From an uncultured bacterium (GTDB lineage Bacteria > Chloroflexota > UBA5177 > JANWHV01), in assembly GCA_963827235.1 (NCBI GenBank), contig CAWHAE010000017.1, positions 160,001 to 224,000 on the forward strand: DNA of 64,000 bases, written 5' to 3'. Position numbers and translations under genes: made by a program. Within the stretch, counting starts at the first letter, position 1. Each line of letters starts with the position of its first letter. The notes beneath the pieces were generated by a model. It saw only the letters and a program-made list of their open reading frames with translations, searched no databases and had not been told where the DNA came from. Below, in pieces: positions 38,597-49,061 of the stretch.

Positions 38597-39790
38597 ATGA
38601 ATCTGCTGCATCGCCTCCCCGAGCGCGCTGCCCTCGAGTGGCCGGCGGGCTCCGCGGGCGGTGCACGTCGCGAGTCGATATTCTCGCCGCGTGTGGCCCG
38701 CGCGATCTCCATCGGCCTGGTGCTGATCGTCCTGTTCAATGTGGCCCGGGCCGCGCCGACGCTGACAGAGCCAAGTCTGGCGATCGCCTGGCTGGCTGCG
38801 GTTACGTTCGCCTGCGCCTTCCCGTTTGGCATGGAGCGGCACCAGGCGATAGCGGCGAGCCTGTGCGGCCTCAGCGGCGTGACAATCCACGCGATCAGCG
38901 CGGCGGATCCGGGTGCGACCGGGCTCCTCATGGTCATCATCGCTCTGGTCCAGGCGAGCCGAGCGGGGGCGTCGCTGGGACCGACCCTCGCCCTGATCAC
39001 GGGCGGAGGCTACGAGGCGGTCTCAATCGGCACGGCAGGTACCTTCGACGCCGCCGGCCTCCTTTCCTCGGCCAGCGGATTCGTGTTCGCCTACCTTGCA
39101 GCGTCCAATTACCGCCGGCTGCGTGAGGAAAAGCGCACGACAGAGCGACTGCTGGCGGAGGTTCTGGCCGGGCGAGACGCCCAGATTCGCGCGGCCACGC
39201 TCGACGAGCGCGCCCGCATCGCTCGCGAGATCCACGACATCCTGGCGCACACGCTGTCCGCGCTCGCCGTGCAGCTCGAGGGCACCCGCTTACTGGTCGA
39301 GCAGCGGCCGGGCGATCCTGCGGCCGTGGTTGCCCTGGCACGCGCGAGTGGATTGGCGCGCGACGGTCTGGAGGAAACGACACGGGCTGTGAGCGCCCTG
39401 CGCGGCGACGCCCTCCCTGGACCCGACGAGCTACCGCACCTTGCCGCCACATTCGAGCGCGATACCGCCATTCCCTGCCGGTTTGTCCAGGAAGGCGCAC
39501 CCATCGCCATATCCCCCGAGGCGTGCGTTGCCCTCTACCGTACGGCGCAGGAAGCACTAACCAATGTGCGTAAGCACACCGTCGCCGCCTCGGTTGCCAT
39601 CAGTCTGCGCTACGGCGTGGATACGGCAGAGTTGACCGTCGAGAATGTCGGCCGGACCAGGACGTCGTCGCTGCCCGGTAGCGGCAACGGACTGAACGGC
39701 ATGCGCGAGCGTGCCGTGCTGGCCCGAGGCAGGCTGGAAGCGGGCCCGACGCCAACCGGCTTCCGCGTGTACCTCTGGTTGCCGGCATGA
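38597..39790 (+). CDS. Sensor histidine kinase (HisKA_3)
   Basis: ERARIAREIHDILAH, YRTAQEALTNVRKH, GLNGMRER; AAGGAG RBS. Confidence 0.94.
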   Translation: MNLLHRLPERAALEWPAGSAGGARRESIFSPRVARAISIGLVLIVLFNVARAAPTLTEPSLAIAWLAAVTFACAFPFGMERHQAIAASLCGLSGVTIHAISAADPGATGLLMVIIALVQASRAGASLGPTLALITGGGYEAVSIGTAGTFDAAGLLSSASGFVFAYLAASNYRRLREEKRTTERLLAEVLAGRDAQIRAATLDERARIAREIHDILAHTLSALAVQLEGTRLLVEQRPGDPAAVVALARASGLARDGLEETTRAVSALRGDALPGPDELPHLAATFERDTAIPCRFVQEGAPIAISPEACVALYRTAQEALTNVRKHTVAASVAISLRYGVDTAELTVENVGRTRTSSLPGSGNGLNGMRERAVLARGRLEAGPTPTGFRVYLWLPA

Positions 39791-40476
39791 GTGACGCCGA
39801 AGAGCAGGCCGCGGCACCGCTGATCCGCGTGCTGGTCGCGGACGACCAAACCGTCGTACGCGAAGGACTGGTGATGTTGCTGAGCCTCAGCGCCGGCATC
39901 GAGGTCGTGGGTGGGGCGGCAGACGGAGAGGAGGCCCTGCAGCTTGTCGCCGAGCGGCAACCGGACGTCGTGTTGATGGACTTACGCATGCCACGGCTGG
40001 ATGGTATCGAGGCGACACAGCGCATCACGCGTGCCTTTCCGGCAACGCGGGTTGTGGTCCTTACTACCTACGCCGACGATATCTCCATCTTTGGGGCGCT
40101 GGAGGCAGGCGCCCTGGGCTACCTCACCAAAGGGGCAAGCGCCCAGGAGATCCAGCGCGCCATCCGCACCGTACATGCCGGCGAGGCGCTGCTCGAGCCG
40201 TCCGTGCAGCTGCGGGTCATTCGAGCGGCGATCGGGCAGGATCGTCCGGCATCGCGGCGAGAGCAACGCTTGCCCGACGACCTGACGGCACGCGAAGCCG
40301 AGGTACTGCGATTGCTGGCGCAAGGACTCAATAACGGCGAGATCGCGGCGCGGCTCGTCATTACCGATGCCACGGTGAAGACGCACATCAACAACCTGTT
40401 CAGCAAGGCCGGACTGCGCGACCGTGCACAGGCTGTCGTGTATGCGATCCGTCATGGCCTTGTCGACGAAACGTGA
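39787..40476 (+). CDS. NarL/LuxR-family response regulator
   Basis: VADD, LMDLRMP, YLTK, TVKTHINNLFSK. Confidence 0.96.
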   Translation: MSDAEEQAAAPLIRVLVADDQTVVREGLVMLLSLSAGIEVVGGAADGEEALQLVAERQPDVVLMDLRMPRLDGIEATQRITRAFPATRVVVLTTYADDISIFGALEAGALGYLTKGASAQEIQRAIRTVHAGEALLEPSVQLRVIRAAIGQDRPASRREQRLPDDLTAREAEVLRLLAQGLNNGEIAARLVITDATVKTHINNLFSKAGLRDRAQAVVYAIRHGLVDET

Positions 40477-40509
40477 GATGAACAACTATTGCCGCACCGC
40501 GCGGCCCGC

Positions 40510-40813
40510 AGCTGCGGGCGGTCGCCTGGTTTTCCACCTCTTTGCCGCACTCGCGGAGTTCGAACGGGACCTCATTCGGGATCGCACCAACGCGGGGCTC
40601 TTGGCGGTGCGACCCAGGGGGCGCACAGGAGGACGGCCGAAAGGCGTGAACCTGGTGAAGCAGAAAGCTGCCCTGGCCCTGCAGAAACATCCCACGCACA
40701 GTATCAGGGAGATCTGTCAGATCGTGGGCATCTCGCGCAATACCTACTACAAGTACATCGCGCGGGCGCAGGAAGCGCATCCATCAAAGCGGACGTCCCG
40801 GCGACAGACGTAG
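40510..40813 (+). pseudogene. Serine resolvase/invertase C-terminal fragment
   Basis: GRLVFHLFAALAEFERDLIRDRTNAGL...GRTGGRP plus Hin-type HTH; catalytic N-terminus missing. Confidence 0.88.
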
Positions 40814-40917
40814 CCGGCGGCAGCGATTGACGCCGACGGGCCACGAGGCGGTATAGTATCGTCGACTCGTTTGCCGGAGCACTGCCTTGAGCGTGACCCT
40901 CATAGCCGTGAGCCAGG

Positions 40918-42495
40918 GTGCTGCGAGCAGCTTGTGGAGGAATCGTGGACCCAGTGGGACGCCGTGTGCGTTTGGGCACACCATTTGTGGCGACCGTCAT
41001 GATCCTGGTGCTTGGTATGGCGGCACTCCCGCAAGCTACCGCGGCTCCGATCACGCCCGAAGCCGCGCTCATCCGCGTGCTCACCGCGCCGCAGATCCGG
41101 GCAGGCTGGTTCGCACCTACCTTCCTCGCGCAGGCCAGCCTGGCTCAGGTGCAGCAGGCACGTGCCAACCTCGTTGCGGTACTGGGCGCTTACACGGCAG
41201 TCACGGCGGAAGGAAACAGCACCTTCATGGTTCGCTTCCAGCAGGGATCCGCTGCCGCGCAGATCCAACTCGATAGCGTCGGCCGCATTGATGGATTGGT
41301 GTTCAGCGATGTCCAAAGCGCGAATGTGCACTCACCCAACACAAAGCTGACGCCACAGGCAGCGCTGGACCGCGTCCTCTCGTCGGCGGTGCTGCTGCCT
41401 GCGTGGTTTGCTCCCACCTTCCTGGCGCAGGTGTCGCTCACCCTGCTCCAGCAGACCGTCGCTGGTTTCACCGATTCCTTCGGCCCCTACCTCTACGTTA
41501 CGACCACACCGAATGGTATCTTCAAGGCGCACTTTGGCCTCGGTGTGCTCAGCGGGAAGGTCCATATGGACCAGCATGGTCGCATCGATGGCTTGCTGAT
41601 CACCGGCGTTGTCTACAACCATGTCAGCCGGTCTGCCGCGGTGAACGGCTTGCGGCAACTGCCCGGCATGGTGAGCCTCGTCGTCCTAGCCAACAACACC
41701 CCGGTACTGGCCCTTGACCCCGACCGCTCGCTCGCGGTGGGTTCGGCGTTCAAGCTGGCCGTGCTGGCGGCGGTGCAACAGGAAGTCGCGGCGCATACTC
41801 TGACCTGGACCCAGCCCGTCACACTGCAGGCCCACGATATGAGCCTGGGGAGCGGTATCCTCCAATCCAAGCCGGTGGGATCGACCTACACCATTGAGGA
41901 CCTGGCGCGCTACATGATCTCCATCAGCGACAACACCGCGGCCAACATGCTGATCCGGGTCGCCGGTCGGAAGACCATCGACGCGCTGATTCCGGTGCCG
42001 GATCAACCGCTGCTCACCACACGCGGACTCTTTGCGCTCAAGGTTCCCGCAAACGCGGCACTGTGCGCGCGGTACCTTGCCGCCAAGACGCCAGAGGCAC
42101 GCATGCGGCTCCTGCCGGCCATAGATGCCCTTCCCCTGCCGTCGGTCAGCACCTTCACCGGCGAGCCCATGGCCTTGCAGGTGGAGTACTACTTCACTAC
42201 CCGCCAGCTCTGCGGTTTGATGCGCAGAGTTGCGGCGTTGCCGCAGATGAGCGTCAATCCCGGCGTGGCGGCGGTCGCAGACTGGGAGCATGTAGCCTAC
42301 AAAGGCGGGTCAGAAGCCGGCGTGCTCAATCTGACGACACAGATGACGGCCTTCAACGGCACGAGGTACTGTGTAGCGGCCACCTGGAACAATCCAGACT
42401 ACGCGCTGGACGACGCGGTGTTCGAACTCTACTATGCCAACGTGCTGAGTTCATATCGAACTGCTGGCCAGGCGTACCGCCGGTCGGAGCGATGA
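40918..42495 (+). CDS. Secreted beta-lactamase-like serine hydrolase (Cpe/LpqF type) with a duplicated N-terminal domain
   Basis: Signal peptide; SAFK, SDN, YKGG motifs; two WFAPTFLAQ...GRIDGL repeats; start uncertain. Confidence 0.85.
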   Translation: MLRAACGGIVDPVGRRVRLGTPFVATVMILVLGMAALPQATAAPITPEAALIRVLTAPQIRAGWFAPTFLAQASLAQVQQARANLVAVLGAYTAVTAEGNSTFMVRFQQGSAAAQIQLDSVGRIDGLVFSDVQSANVHSPNTKLTPQAALDRVLSSAVLLPAWFAPTFLAQVSLTLLQQTVAGFTDSFGPYLYVTTTPNGIFKAHFGLGVLSGKVHMDQHGRIDGLLITGVVYNHVSRSAAVNGLRQLPGMVSLVVLANNTPVLALDPDRSLAVGSAFKLAVLAAVQQEVAAHTLTWTQPVTLQAHDMSLGSGILQSKPVGSTYTIEDLARYMISISDNTAANMLIRVAGRKTIDALIPVPDQPLLTTRGLFALKVPANAALCARYLAAKTPEARMRLLPAIDALPLPSVSTFTGEPMALQVEYYFTTRQLCGLMRRVAALPQMSVNPGVAAVADWEHVAYKGGSEAGVLNLTTQMTAFNGTRYCVAATWNNPDYALDDAVFELYYANVLSSYRTAGQAYRRSER

Positions 42496-42776
42496 AGCCT
42501 GGTGAGTGACTCCCCCGCACACGAGTGGCTGCAATGGTGACGGTGCGGACCGAGGCGCACGAGTGGCCTGCACTTCGACGCCTCTCCGTGTGCGGACTTT
42601 GGTCCAGGCGGTACTTGGAGCCGCGAGAATCCCCCGACCTCTTGGTGCTCTCGCTCCGCGGTCCTCGCGGATGGGTATGGCGTGGTGCCAACTCGGAGAG
42701 CACTAAGAAGTCGGTGGGACTGTGTCATATAGACTTGGGCCGAGATAGGCCAGCCGCCGGCTGCGGCATCGCCGCG

Positions 42777-44360
42777 CTACTGGGTCATGCCGAAGTCACT
42801 CATCGTGTCAGAGTCACTCGCCTGTGCGATCTCCGGCGGATTCAGCAGGTAGTCGAAGATGACCGCTCCGACATACTCGCGTGCTTTCGCGATGCGGGCA
42901 GCCTCCCGATCAGTGTCCATGTCTCGCACAGCCTCGTAGATGGGCTTGGCTTCACCCACATGATCCGGCCGGTCAGGGTCGTAGCGGCGGATACCGAGGT
43001 TCAAGCCAAATTCGTGGGGGTTGTCGGTGTAGGCATGATGCATCATCATGTCGACCGTGGGAATGGCGCGGGCCTTCAGGTAAGCGAGTACATACCCGGC
43101 TTCGCCCATCTCCTCAGTCAGCTTCTGCAGGGGACCCGTTTGTGAGTTGAACCCCTGTTCCGAGAATATGATCCTGCGTTGTTCGCCTCTATACAGAAGG
43201 TTGTCCTGTGCGAAGTAGGCAGCCAGAACTTCCATGTTGCGGAAGGTAATCCTCTGCGTGTCAAAGCTAAACTCCGCTGTTCGGTCATGCCAGAAATCCG
43301 GCCAGCGAAGATCCTCCGGGTACGGATGGTAGGCCACATCCCACGGGAAGTTGCCGTCTTGCACCGCGTGCTCGTTGACGCCGTCGACGATCTGCCGCCC
43401 ACAGTAGTAGCGGAGCGGCTGGTTCGCGATGAAGGCCGTTCCGTGCCAGATCGGATCGAGCGAGGCATAGACGCGCAGGTACGCACAATGCTTTCGGGCG
43501 CAGAGCCACGCGAGACGCATGGCCTGGGCATACTCTCGCGTGTAATCCTTCACCGTCATCTCGCCCGCATTGCCCCACACGTACTGGCTATCAACCTCAT
43601 TACTGATGATCAGGCCGCCTATACGCCCGTAGCAACGATCCTCGCGGGTGTATCGCTCGGCTAAGAACTCGCAGAACGCGCGGTAATATCCCTGACCTTC
43701 TTCCGTGCGCATATCAAACGCACTGATGAACGACGTCGTGCAGCTCCAGTCGTACCCGGGGTGCAGGCATGCATCGAGCAGCGTCCTTTCACCCGTTGGC
43801 ATGAACTGTTTCGGAGAATTGAGCAGGATCATCGTCACCAGCACTCCCAGCCGGTCCTGCTCGCGCACGTAGTCGTCGACCTCATTCACTCGCTCACGCA
43901 AGAACCAATAGGTTTTCCCGTCGTGCTCGTATGCGAATGCGCCTTCGCACGGGTAAGCCGCCATGATGGCAGGCAGGTTGACGTTGAAGGTCATCTGCTG
44001 GATGCCGAGCGCTTTGACGTCGTCGGGCGTCGCGTGCAGCGCCTTTAGCGTGGCTGGCTGTGGGTAGGGCAGGCGGTTGGCCGGAACATCAGTGGCAATA
44101 TCGGTCACGTACCGCACTCCCTCAGCGCGTTCATTCCCGAAGAACAGAGCAAACTCCGAGAAGAGCCTGTCGTGCTTGTCGTCAAAACGGGGAAGCACAG
44201 CCGTTCCGCTCCGGACTTCGACCTCGGTAAGCGATAGGGTCCTGCCCTGCTTCTCCGCGATCACCGGAACCGATTCCCTGACACGAGCTCGCCCGTCCGC
44301 TGCTTCGTCCAGATGTAGCGCGATCGTGTCGCGGGTTGCTTCAATCGCAGTGACCACCAT
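42777..44360 (-). CDS. DUF5722-like clan GH-A glycoside hydrolase
   Basis: IISNEVD acid/base, VAYHPYP, IIFSEQGF nucleophile; GGAGG RBS before ATG 44360. Confidence 0.82.
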   Translation of the reverse strand: MVVTAIEATRDTIALHLDEAADGRARVRESVPVIAEKQGRTLSLTEVEVRSGTAVLPRFDDKHDRLFSEFALFFGNERAEGVRYVTDIATDVPANRLPYPQPATLKALHATPDDVKALGIQQMTFNVNLPAIMAAYPCEGAFAYEHDGKTYWFLRERVNEVDDYVREQDRLGVLVTMILLNSPKQFMPTGERTLLDACLHPGYDWSCTTSFISAFDMRTEEGQGYYRAFCEFLAERYTREDRCYGRIGGLIISNEVDSQYVWGNAGEMTVKDYTREYAQAMRLAWLCARKHCAYLRVYASLDPIWHGTAFIANQPLRYYCGRQIVDGVNEHAVQDGNFPWDVAYHPYPEDLRWPDFWHDRTAEFSFDTQRITFRNMEVLAAYFAQDNLLYRGEQRRIIFSEQGFNSQTGPLQKLTEEMGEAGYVLAYLKARAIPTVDMMMHHAYTDNPHEFGLNLGIRRYDPDRPDHVGEAKPIYEAVRDMDTDREAARIAKAREYVGAVIFDYLLNPPEIAQASDSDTMSDFGMTQ

Positions 44361-44895
44361 GTTACATTTCCTCCCCCTAGTCATCCCTGTCGAGCCGCTC
44401 GCTGCCGCTCGGCCCCATCGGCCGCCTTCACTGCTGGTGCCGGAATAGACGGCGTTGTCATCGACCTCGCTGTAGTGCGGGTGCGTCGTCGCGGCTCGGC
44501 CCTGGTAGCCGTCCGTTCCGCGCACCCTTGCAGACGCGCGGCTCGGCCGGCCGATGGGCGACGATGCGACATGCCTCCGTGTTGCATCACGATAGAATGT
44601 AACCTCTCGAAGTGCCGTTCTTGCCTCGCGAGAGACCGTACGCCTGCATTTCTGTCTTGCCGCAATCAGTAATCCGGCCCCTGCCGGATCCTCCTGAATC
44701 CGCCGCTCCGGAGCTTGCATTGATGCGCATGAGGGCGATGATGGGACGCGCCGCCACAAAGCCGACGCAGCATTGGCAACCCTGAGCCGACATCGCGGTA
44801 AGTCGCGGACCGGGGATTGTGTATGATTCCCGAGGGGGGCCGAAGCAGGCCCGATCGACGACGTGAGGCGACGGAGGAAGGGCCGGGATTGGGTT

Positions 44896-45630
44896 ATGCA
44901 GAACTACGAACCTATCGCGAGTTTCGGTGAGGAGGTTGCGAAAATCTACGACGATCTCAGCCCGCGCGAGGACACGGCAGCGACGGTCGCGTTCCTGGAG
45001 CACCTGGCCGATGGTGGTCCCGTGCTGGAGCTTGCGATCGGCACCGGACGCGTGGCGCTGCCCCTTGCCGCGCGGGGCGTGCACGTCGATGGCATTGATC
45101 TCTCGCCAGCGATGGTCGCCAAGCTACGCGCCAAGCCGGGTGGCGAGCAGATCGCTGTGACCATAGGCGATTTCGCCGATGTTCCGGTCCCGGGCGCGTA
45201 TCGCTTGATCTTCGTCGTGTTCAACACGCTGTTCAACCTGTTGACCCAGGAGGACCAGGTGCGCTGCTTCCGGAACGTCTCCGCCCATCTCACGGAGGAC
45301 GGCTCGTTCGTGGTGGAGGCATTCGTGCCCTCCTTTCTCCACCGCTTGCGCGACGATCAGTATGTAAACGCCGAAGCCATCCGAGTGGGCGAGGTCCGCC
45401 TCGATGTGGGCCACCACGATCCCGTGACGCAGCGACTCGACGAGAGCCATGTGGTTCTCAACCGCGACGGCCTACACCTGTACCCAATTGTCACCCGGTA
45501 TGCGTGGCCCAGCGAGCTCGATCTCATGGCGCGGCTCGCCGGGCTGCGCCTGAAGGACAGGTGGGCCGGCTGGAACCGGGAGCCGTTCAGCGCCGCGAGC
45601 AGCATGCACGTGTCCGTCTACGGACGGTGA
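44896..45630 (+). CDS. Class I SAM-dependent methyltransferase
   Basis: VLELAIGTGRVA, GIDLS, GDFAD, VFNT, RYAWPSELDLMA. Confidence 0.93.
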   Translation: MQNYEPIASFGEEVAKIYDDLSPREDTAATVAFLEHLADGGPVLELAIGTGRVALPLAARGVHVDGIDLSPAMVAKLRAKPGGEQIAVTIGDFADVPVPGAYRLIFVVFNTLFNLLTQEDQVRCFRNVSAHLTEDGSFVVEAFVPSFLHRLRDDQYVNAEAIRVGEVRLDVGHHDPVTQRLDESHVVLNRDGLHLYPIVTRYAWPSELDLMARLAGLRLKDRWAGWNREPFSAASSMHVSVYGR

Positions 45631-45799
45631 CCAGGGTGCTGGTCACCCGGGAACGACCACGTCATTGTGACCCTAATGCCGGCGCGCGCAGCGTGAACGG
45701 CTCCGACGATCAGCAGAGATGCGAATTGGGCACTCCTATGCCGCGGCCGGTATGCGCTGCATGAAGATGCGCGAGCACGGCGGCCGCGCTCGCCCGTGC

Positions 45800-46130
45800 G
45801 CTGACCCTCGCGGAGGTCCCGAACGCAGAGATGGTGCGCGTGCATTGCTCGCACATACCTGAGCTCATCGCGCGCGGTGTCATAGACGCGGCCGTCTGGA
45901 ACGCGACCGCACGTGGACCCTTGAATCGCGGCGTGACACTGAGCACCCGCCCGTTGCATTGCCAAGAAGCGCAGGCTCTTGAAGGGGACTTTGCAAGGAG
46001 CATCACGTTGCTTGGGCGCCAAGATGCGCCGGAGGTCGGGGCGCCGATACGTGATCACATCGACGACGCGAGGTTCTCACGGGTGCAGCGTCAGGTACTG
46101 GCCGGAAGTCGCATTCCCACGTATCGACCC
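45800..46130 (+). pseudogene. YhfZ-like regulator C-terminal fragment
   Basis: LTLAE...GVIDAAVWN...VQRQVLAGSRIPTY resembles the YhfZ C-terminus; no intact N-terminus. Confidence 0.55.
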
Positions 46131-46131
46131 G

Positions 46132-47181
46132 TTAGCGGTAACGGCAATCCTGGCGAGCCGTATCATACATTGCCAGGATGTTGTCTACCGGCACATCCGG
46201 CAGCAAGGAGTGGCTGCAGCTACAGACGTACCCGCCACCGGCCCCGAGATCGTGGAATCGCGCCTGGACTTCAGCGCGTACGTCGTCCGGCGTCCCGAAC
46301 GGCAGCGTTGTCTGCACGTCGATGGCGCCGTGAAACGCCAGCCTGTCACCAAAGTCGCGTTTCAGACCCGCCGGGTCCATCCCATCCGCGCCGACCTGGA
46401 TTGGATTGAGCAGTTGCAGCCCCATCTCGACGAGATCGGGGACGATAGCGCGGATCGCGCCGTCGCTGTGCAGCATGACGGCCACATCGTATGACCTTGC
46501 GCACCGAAACAAACGCTCGAAGTGCGGGCGAACAAGGCTACGCCACATATCCCGCTTGATCAGAAGGCCGCGTTGCGTCCCGAAGTCGGAAACCATCAGC
46601 ACGATGTCCAGCTCACCAGGCGCTCGTGCGAACAGACGACTCATGACTGTCTCGTTGTAGGCAGCGATCTTGTCCATGATCAGGTACACGAGATCTGGTT
46701 CGTCGTAGAGCCACGTAAAGAACTTCTCGAAGCCAACCATCTCGATGGCGTCGAAGAACACCCGGCACTCGGGACCGCCGATCCGGGAATGCTCGCCGGC
46801 GCCCCGGCAGAGCTCGAGCCAGGCATCGACGTCGACAGCCGCAGGATCGGGCCACTTGTGCGCTTCGATATCGGCTTTGGTCGCGGCATGAGCGAGAGGA
46901 TGAAAGCAGGTGTACCCTCCAAAGGACCCTGACCGGCGTATGCCCCATATGTCTTCAGTTTCGCCAGTCGGCAGCATTGTTGTCTTGCCGAGACGGTCAT
47001 CATACGGTACAGGGATTCGCCGCACGTCGACACCGAGCGCGTCGAGCAGGGCTTCTTCACCAGAGACGTGCAGGCGCTGCTGCAGCGCAGTGGTGACAGC
47101 GGGCTCGGCAAGATAGTCGAGCGGCAGGCGATCCGGGATTCGGCGACTAACCGCAGCCATTACCCGTTCTCGCGAATTCAC
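46132..47181 (-). CDS. Uroporphyrinogen decarboxylase-like / MtaA-CmuA family protein
   Basis: NSRERV...PDRLP, DFGTQ, LHSDG, NPIQ, FHGAIDVQ, GGGYV. Confidence 0.9.
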   Translation of the reverse strand: MNSRERVMAAVSRRIPDRLPLDYLAEPAVTTALQQRLHVSGEEALLDALGVDVRRIPVPYDDRLGKTTMLPTGETEDIWGIRRSGSFGGYTCFHPLAHAATKADIEAHKWPDPAAVDVDAWLELCRGAGEHSRIGGPECRVFFDAIEMVGFEKFFTWLYDEPDLVYLIMDKIAAYNETVMSRLFARAPGELDIVLMVSDFGTQRGLLIKRDMWRSLVRPHFERLFRCARSYDVAVMLHSDGAIRAIVPDLVEMGLQLLNPIQVGADGMDPAGLKRDFGDRLAFHGAIDVQTTLPFGTPDDVRAEVQARFHDLGAGGGYVCSCSHSLLPDVPVDNILAMYDTARQDCRYR

Positions 47182-47365
47182 CTCAGAATCTCCAAGCGGC
47201 ACGGCGCGCCGATGCTGCATGGGTCGCGGGCAGCGGTGCAGTGTGCTCTCCGTCGGCTCGGCCACACAAACAGGCCGACCGAGGCGATGCCAATGCCCAA
47301 TAACCGGTGTGGTCTCCGGCAAGCGATATTGGGCCGCCTAAAACCTGCCGCCATCATAGCACAGG

Positions 47366-47770
47366 GGGACGCCGTCAAAAACCAGGGGGGAGGCCACGCC
47401 GCCTTTTTGGCGGCTGCTGCCTGCTTCAGGGCTGGATACCAACCTCTGCACTTCTCTTCTGGCTCTCCGTTTCCTGGAGCGCGCGGAACACGTTCGCGTG
47501 CCACAAGTACCACCTGATCCGCTCCAGCGTCTCGTCGGCAGCCTGTGGCTGCACGTTGTCACCAGCCCGTAGGCCCTTCGCCTGCTGGTGCAGGACGGTG
47601 ATGCACATTGTGACGTGGAACAGCAATAGCTCTGGCGTCGTATGCTCGGGCAAGGCTTTCGCCAAGGGGCTGAAGGCCCGTGTCGGCTGGGGTCGGCAGC
47701 CGCATTGGAACAGGCACACAGACGATGCGCGTTGGGCTGCTCAGGACCCCGCCAATCGAGCACAGTGTCA
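47366..47770 (-). mobile_element. Internally deleted ISKra4-family element remnant
   Basis: Transposase patches FSPLAKALPEHTTPELL, FHVTM.ITVL, RIRWYLWH.NV..AL, RGWYP; end-like sequence GGGACGCCGTCAAAAACCAGGGGG at 47366-47389. Confidence 0.65.
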
Positions 47771-47784
47771 ATCTCGAGCGCCAT

Positions 47785-48023
47785 ACCGTGAGATCGCCTG
47801 GCCGCCGATCAAGTATCGCCTGGACCTCGGGCTCACGCAGCAACAACTCGCGGAGCGCGTGGACACGAGCTACTCCCAGATTTCCCGCATCGAGAGCGGT
47901 CGCCAGAAGACCAACCTGGATACCCTCCGGCGTATCGCCCGGGCGCCCGATTGCTGGGTGGTGATTGGCTTCGAGCACACCACGCGTGAGCGGCAGCTTG
48001 AGCGGCAAACGGTCGCGCTGTAG
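47785..48023 (+). pseudogene. XRE-family HTH (HigA-like) protein, 5'-truncated
   Basis: RLDLGLTQQQLAERVDTSYSQISRIESG...NLDTLRRIA; no clear start. Confidence 0.7.
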
Positions 48024-48060
48024 AGCAACTGCGCATATGCAGTACTCGCCAAGTCTGTCC

Positions 48061-48735
48061 TCAAATAGGTGCCTGGCGCAGTTTCTGCACTACTTCAGCT
48101 ATCAGGCGAGCGGTTATGCCCCAGATCACCCTCGGGCCCAGCTGGTACACGTACACTGGGTGCCGGATGCCGCCCCAGGGCTTCCAGTACCGCTCCGGCA
48201 ATCCCAGCTCTTTGGTCGGAAACGTGACCACTTCCTCCTGCGTAGCCGGGTCGACAAACGATGGCTCGATGCGCAGCGTGGTGTAGTACTTCTGCGGTTC
48301 ATGCTGCTCGAAATATGCAACGGGCACCGTGAACACTTCCGCCACCTCGCTCTTGGAAACGACGAGCTCGTCCAGGCCGGCGATGGCGGCAACGCCCACA
48401 AACGCATCCACGATGGCGCCCATCGGCACCACCATCGTGTCTAGCCTGCCTGCGATCCGCAAGCAATCGGCTGGAATGCCCAGCTCCTCGACGGTCTCAC
48501 GAATAGCGGTCTCTTGCAACGAGCTATCCTGCGTCGCATCGTAGGCGCCGCCAGGAAAGCAGATCTCGCCCGGCTGCCTGATGTCCGGACCCCGTTTCTG
48601 TAGCACGAAGTGGTATTCACCTTCGATCAGTGCCAGCAACACCAGGACGACGGCATTGAAGTAGTCAGCCTTACCATGTATGCCGGGAAGGGCCGGCAGG
48701 TTAGCTGTGAGTCGTTCCAGGTCTCGTGCCTTCAC
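48061..48735 (-). CDS. Nudix CoA pyrophosphatase
   Basis: AVVLV, QPGEICFPGG, AIRETVEELGI, IWGITA. Confidence 0.93.
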   Translation of the reverse strand: MKARDLERLTANLPALPGIHGKADYFNAVVLVLLALIEGEYHFVLQKRGPDIRQPGEICFPGGAYDATQDSSLQETAIRETVEELGIPADCLRIAGRLDTMVVPMGAIVDAFVGVAAIAGLDELVVSKSEVAEVFTVPVAYFEQHEPQKYYTTLRIEPSFVDPATQEEVVTFPTKELGLPERYWKPWGGIRHPVYVYQLGPRVIWGITARLIAEVVQKLRQAPI

Positions 48736-49061
48736 GGTGTCATTCTACATGAGGCTGAACCGGTGCGGAGACTGTCGCCGCGCTGTAGTCGGCACAGGAC
48801 GCCGAACGAGCGGGCTCACGTCTGAGCCGGTGTCACCCTCGGCGCGATTATCCCGCCGCTATCTTGCACCGCAGGCCAAACCGCACGGCAGGTTCCGCGG
48901 ATCCGTGGCTCGCTACAGACGTGGCATAGTAAACAGGCCGGCGATCGCCGCGCGGCCCTGCTACCAGATCGTAGCGGACACGATACCGTGTACAGCGCAG
49001 GTACGGTCCGTCGTGCCACCGGGTCCGGCCAGCTGCAGGCTAGCTCGCCTCGTGCGTCGTG

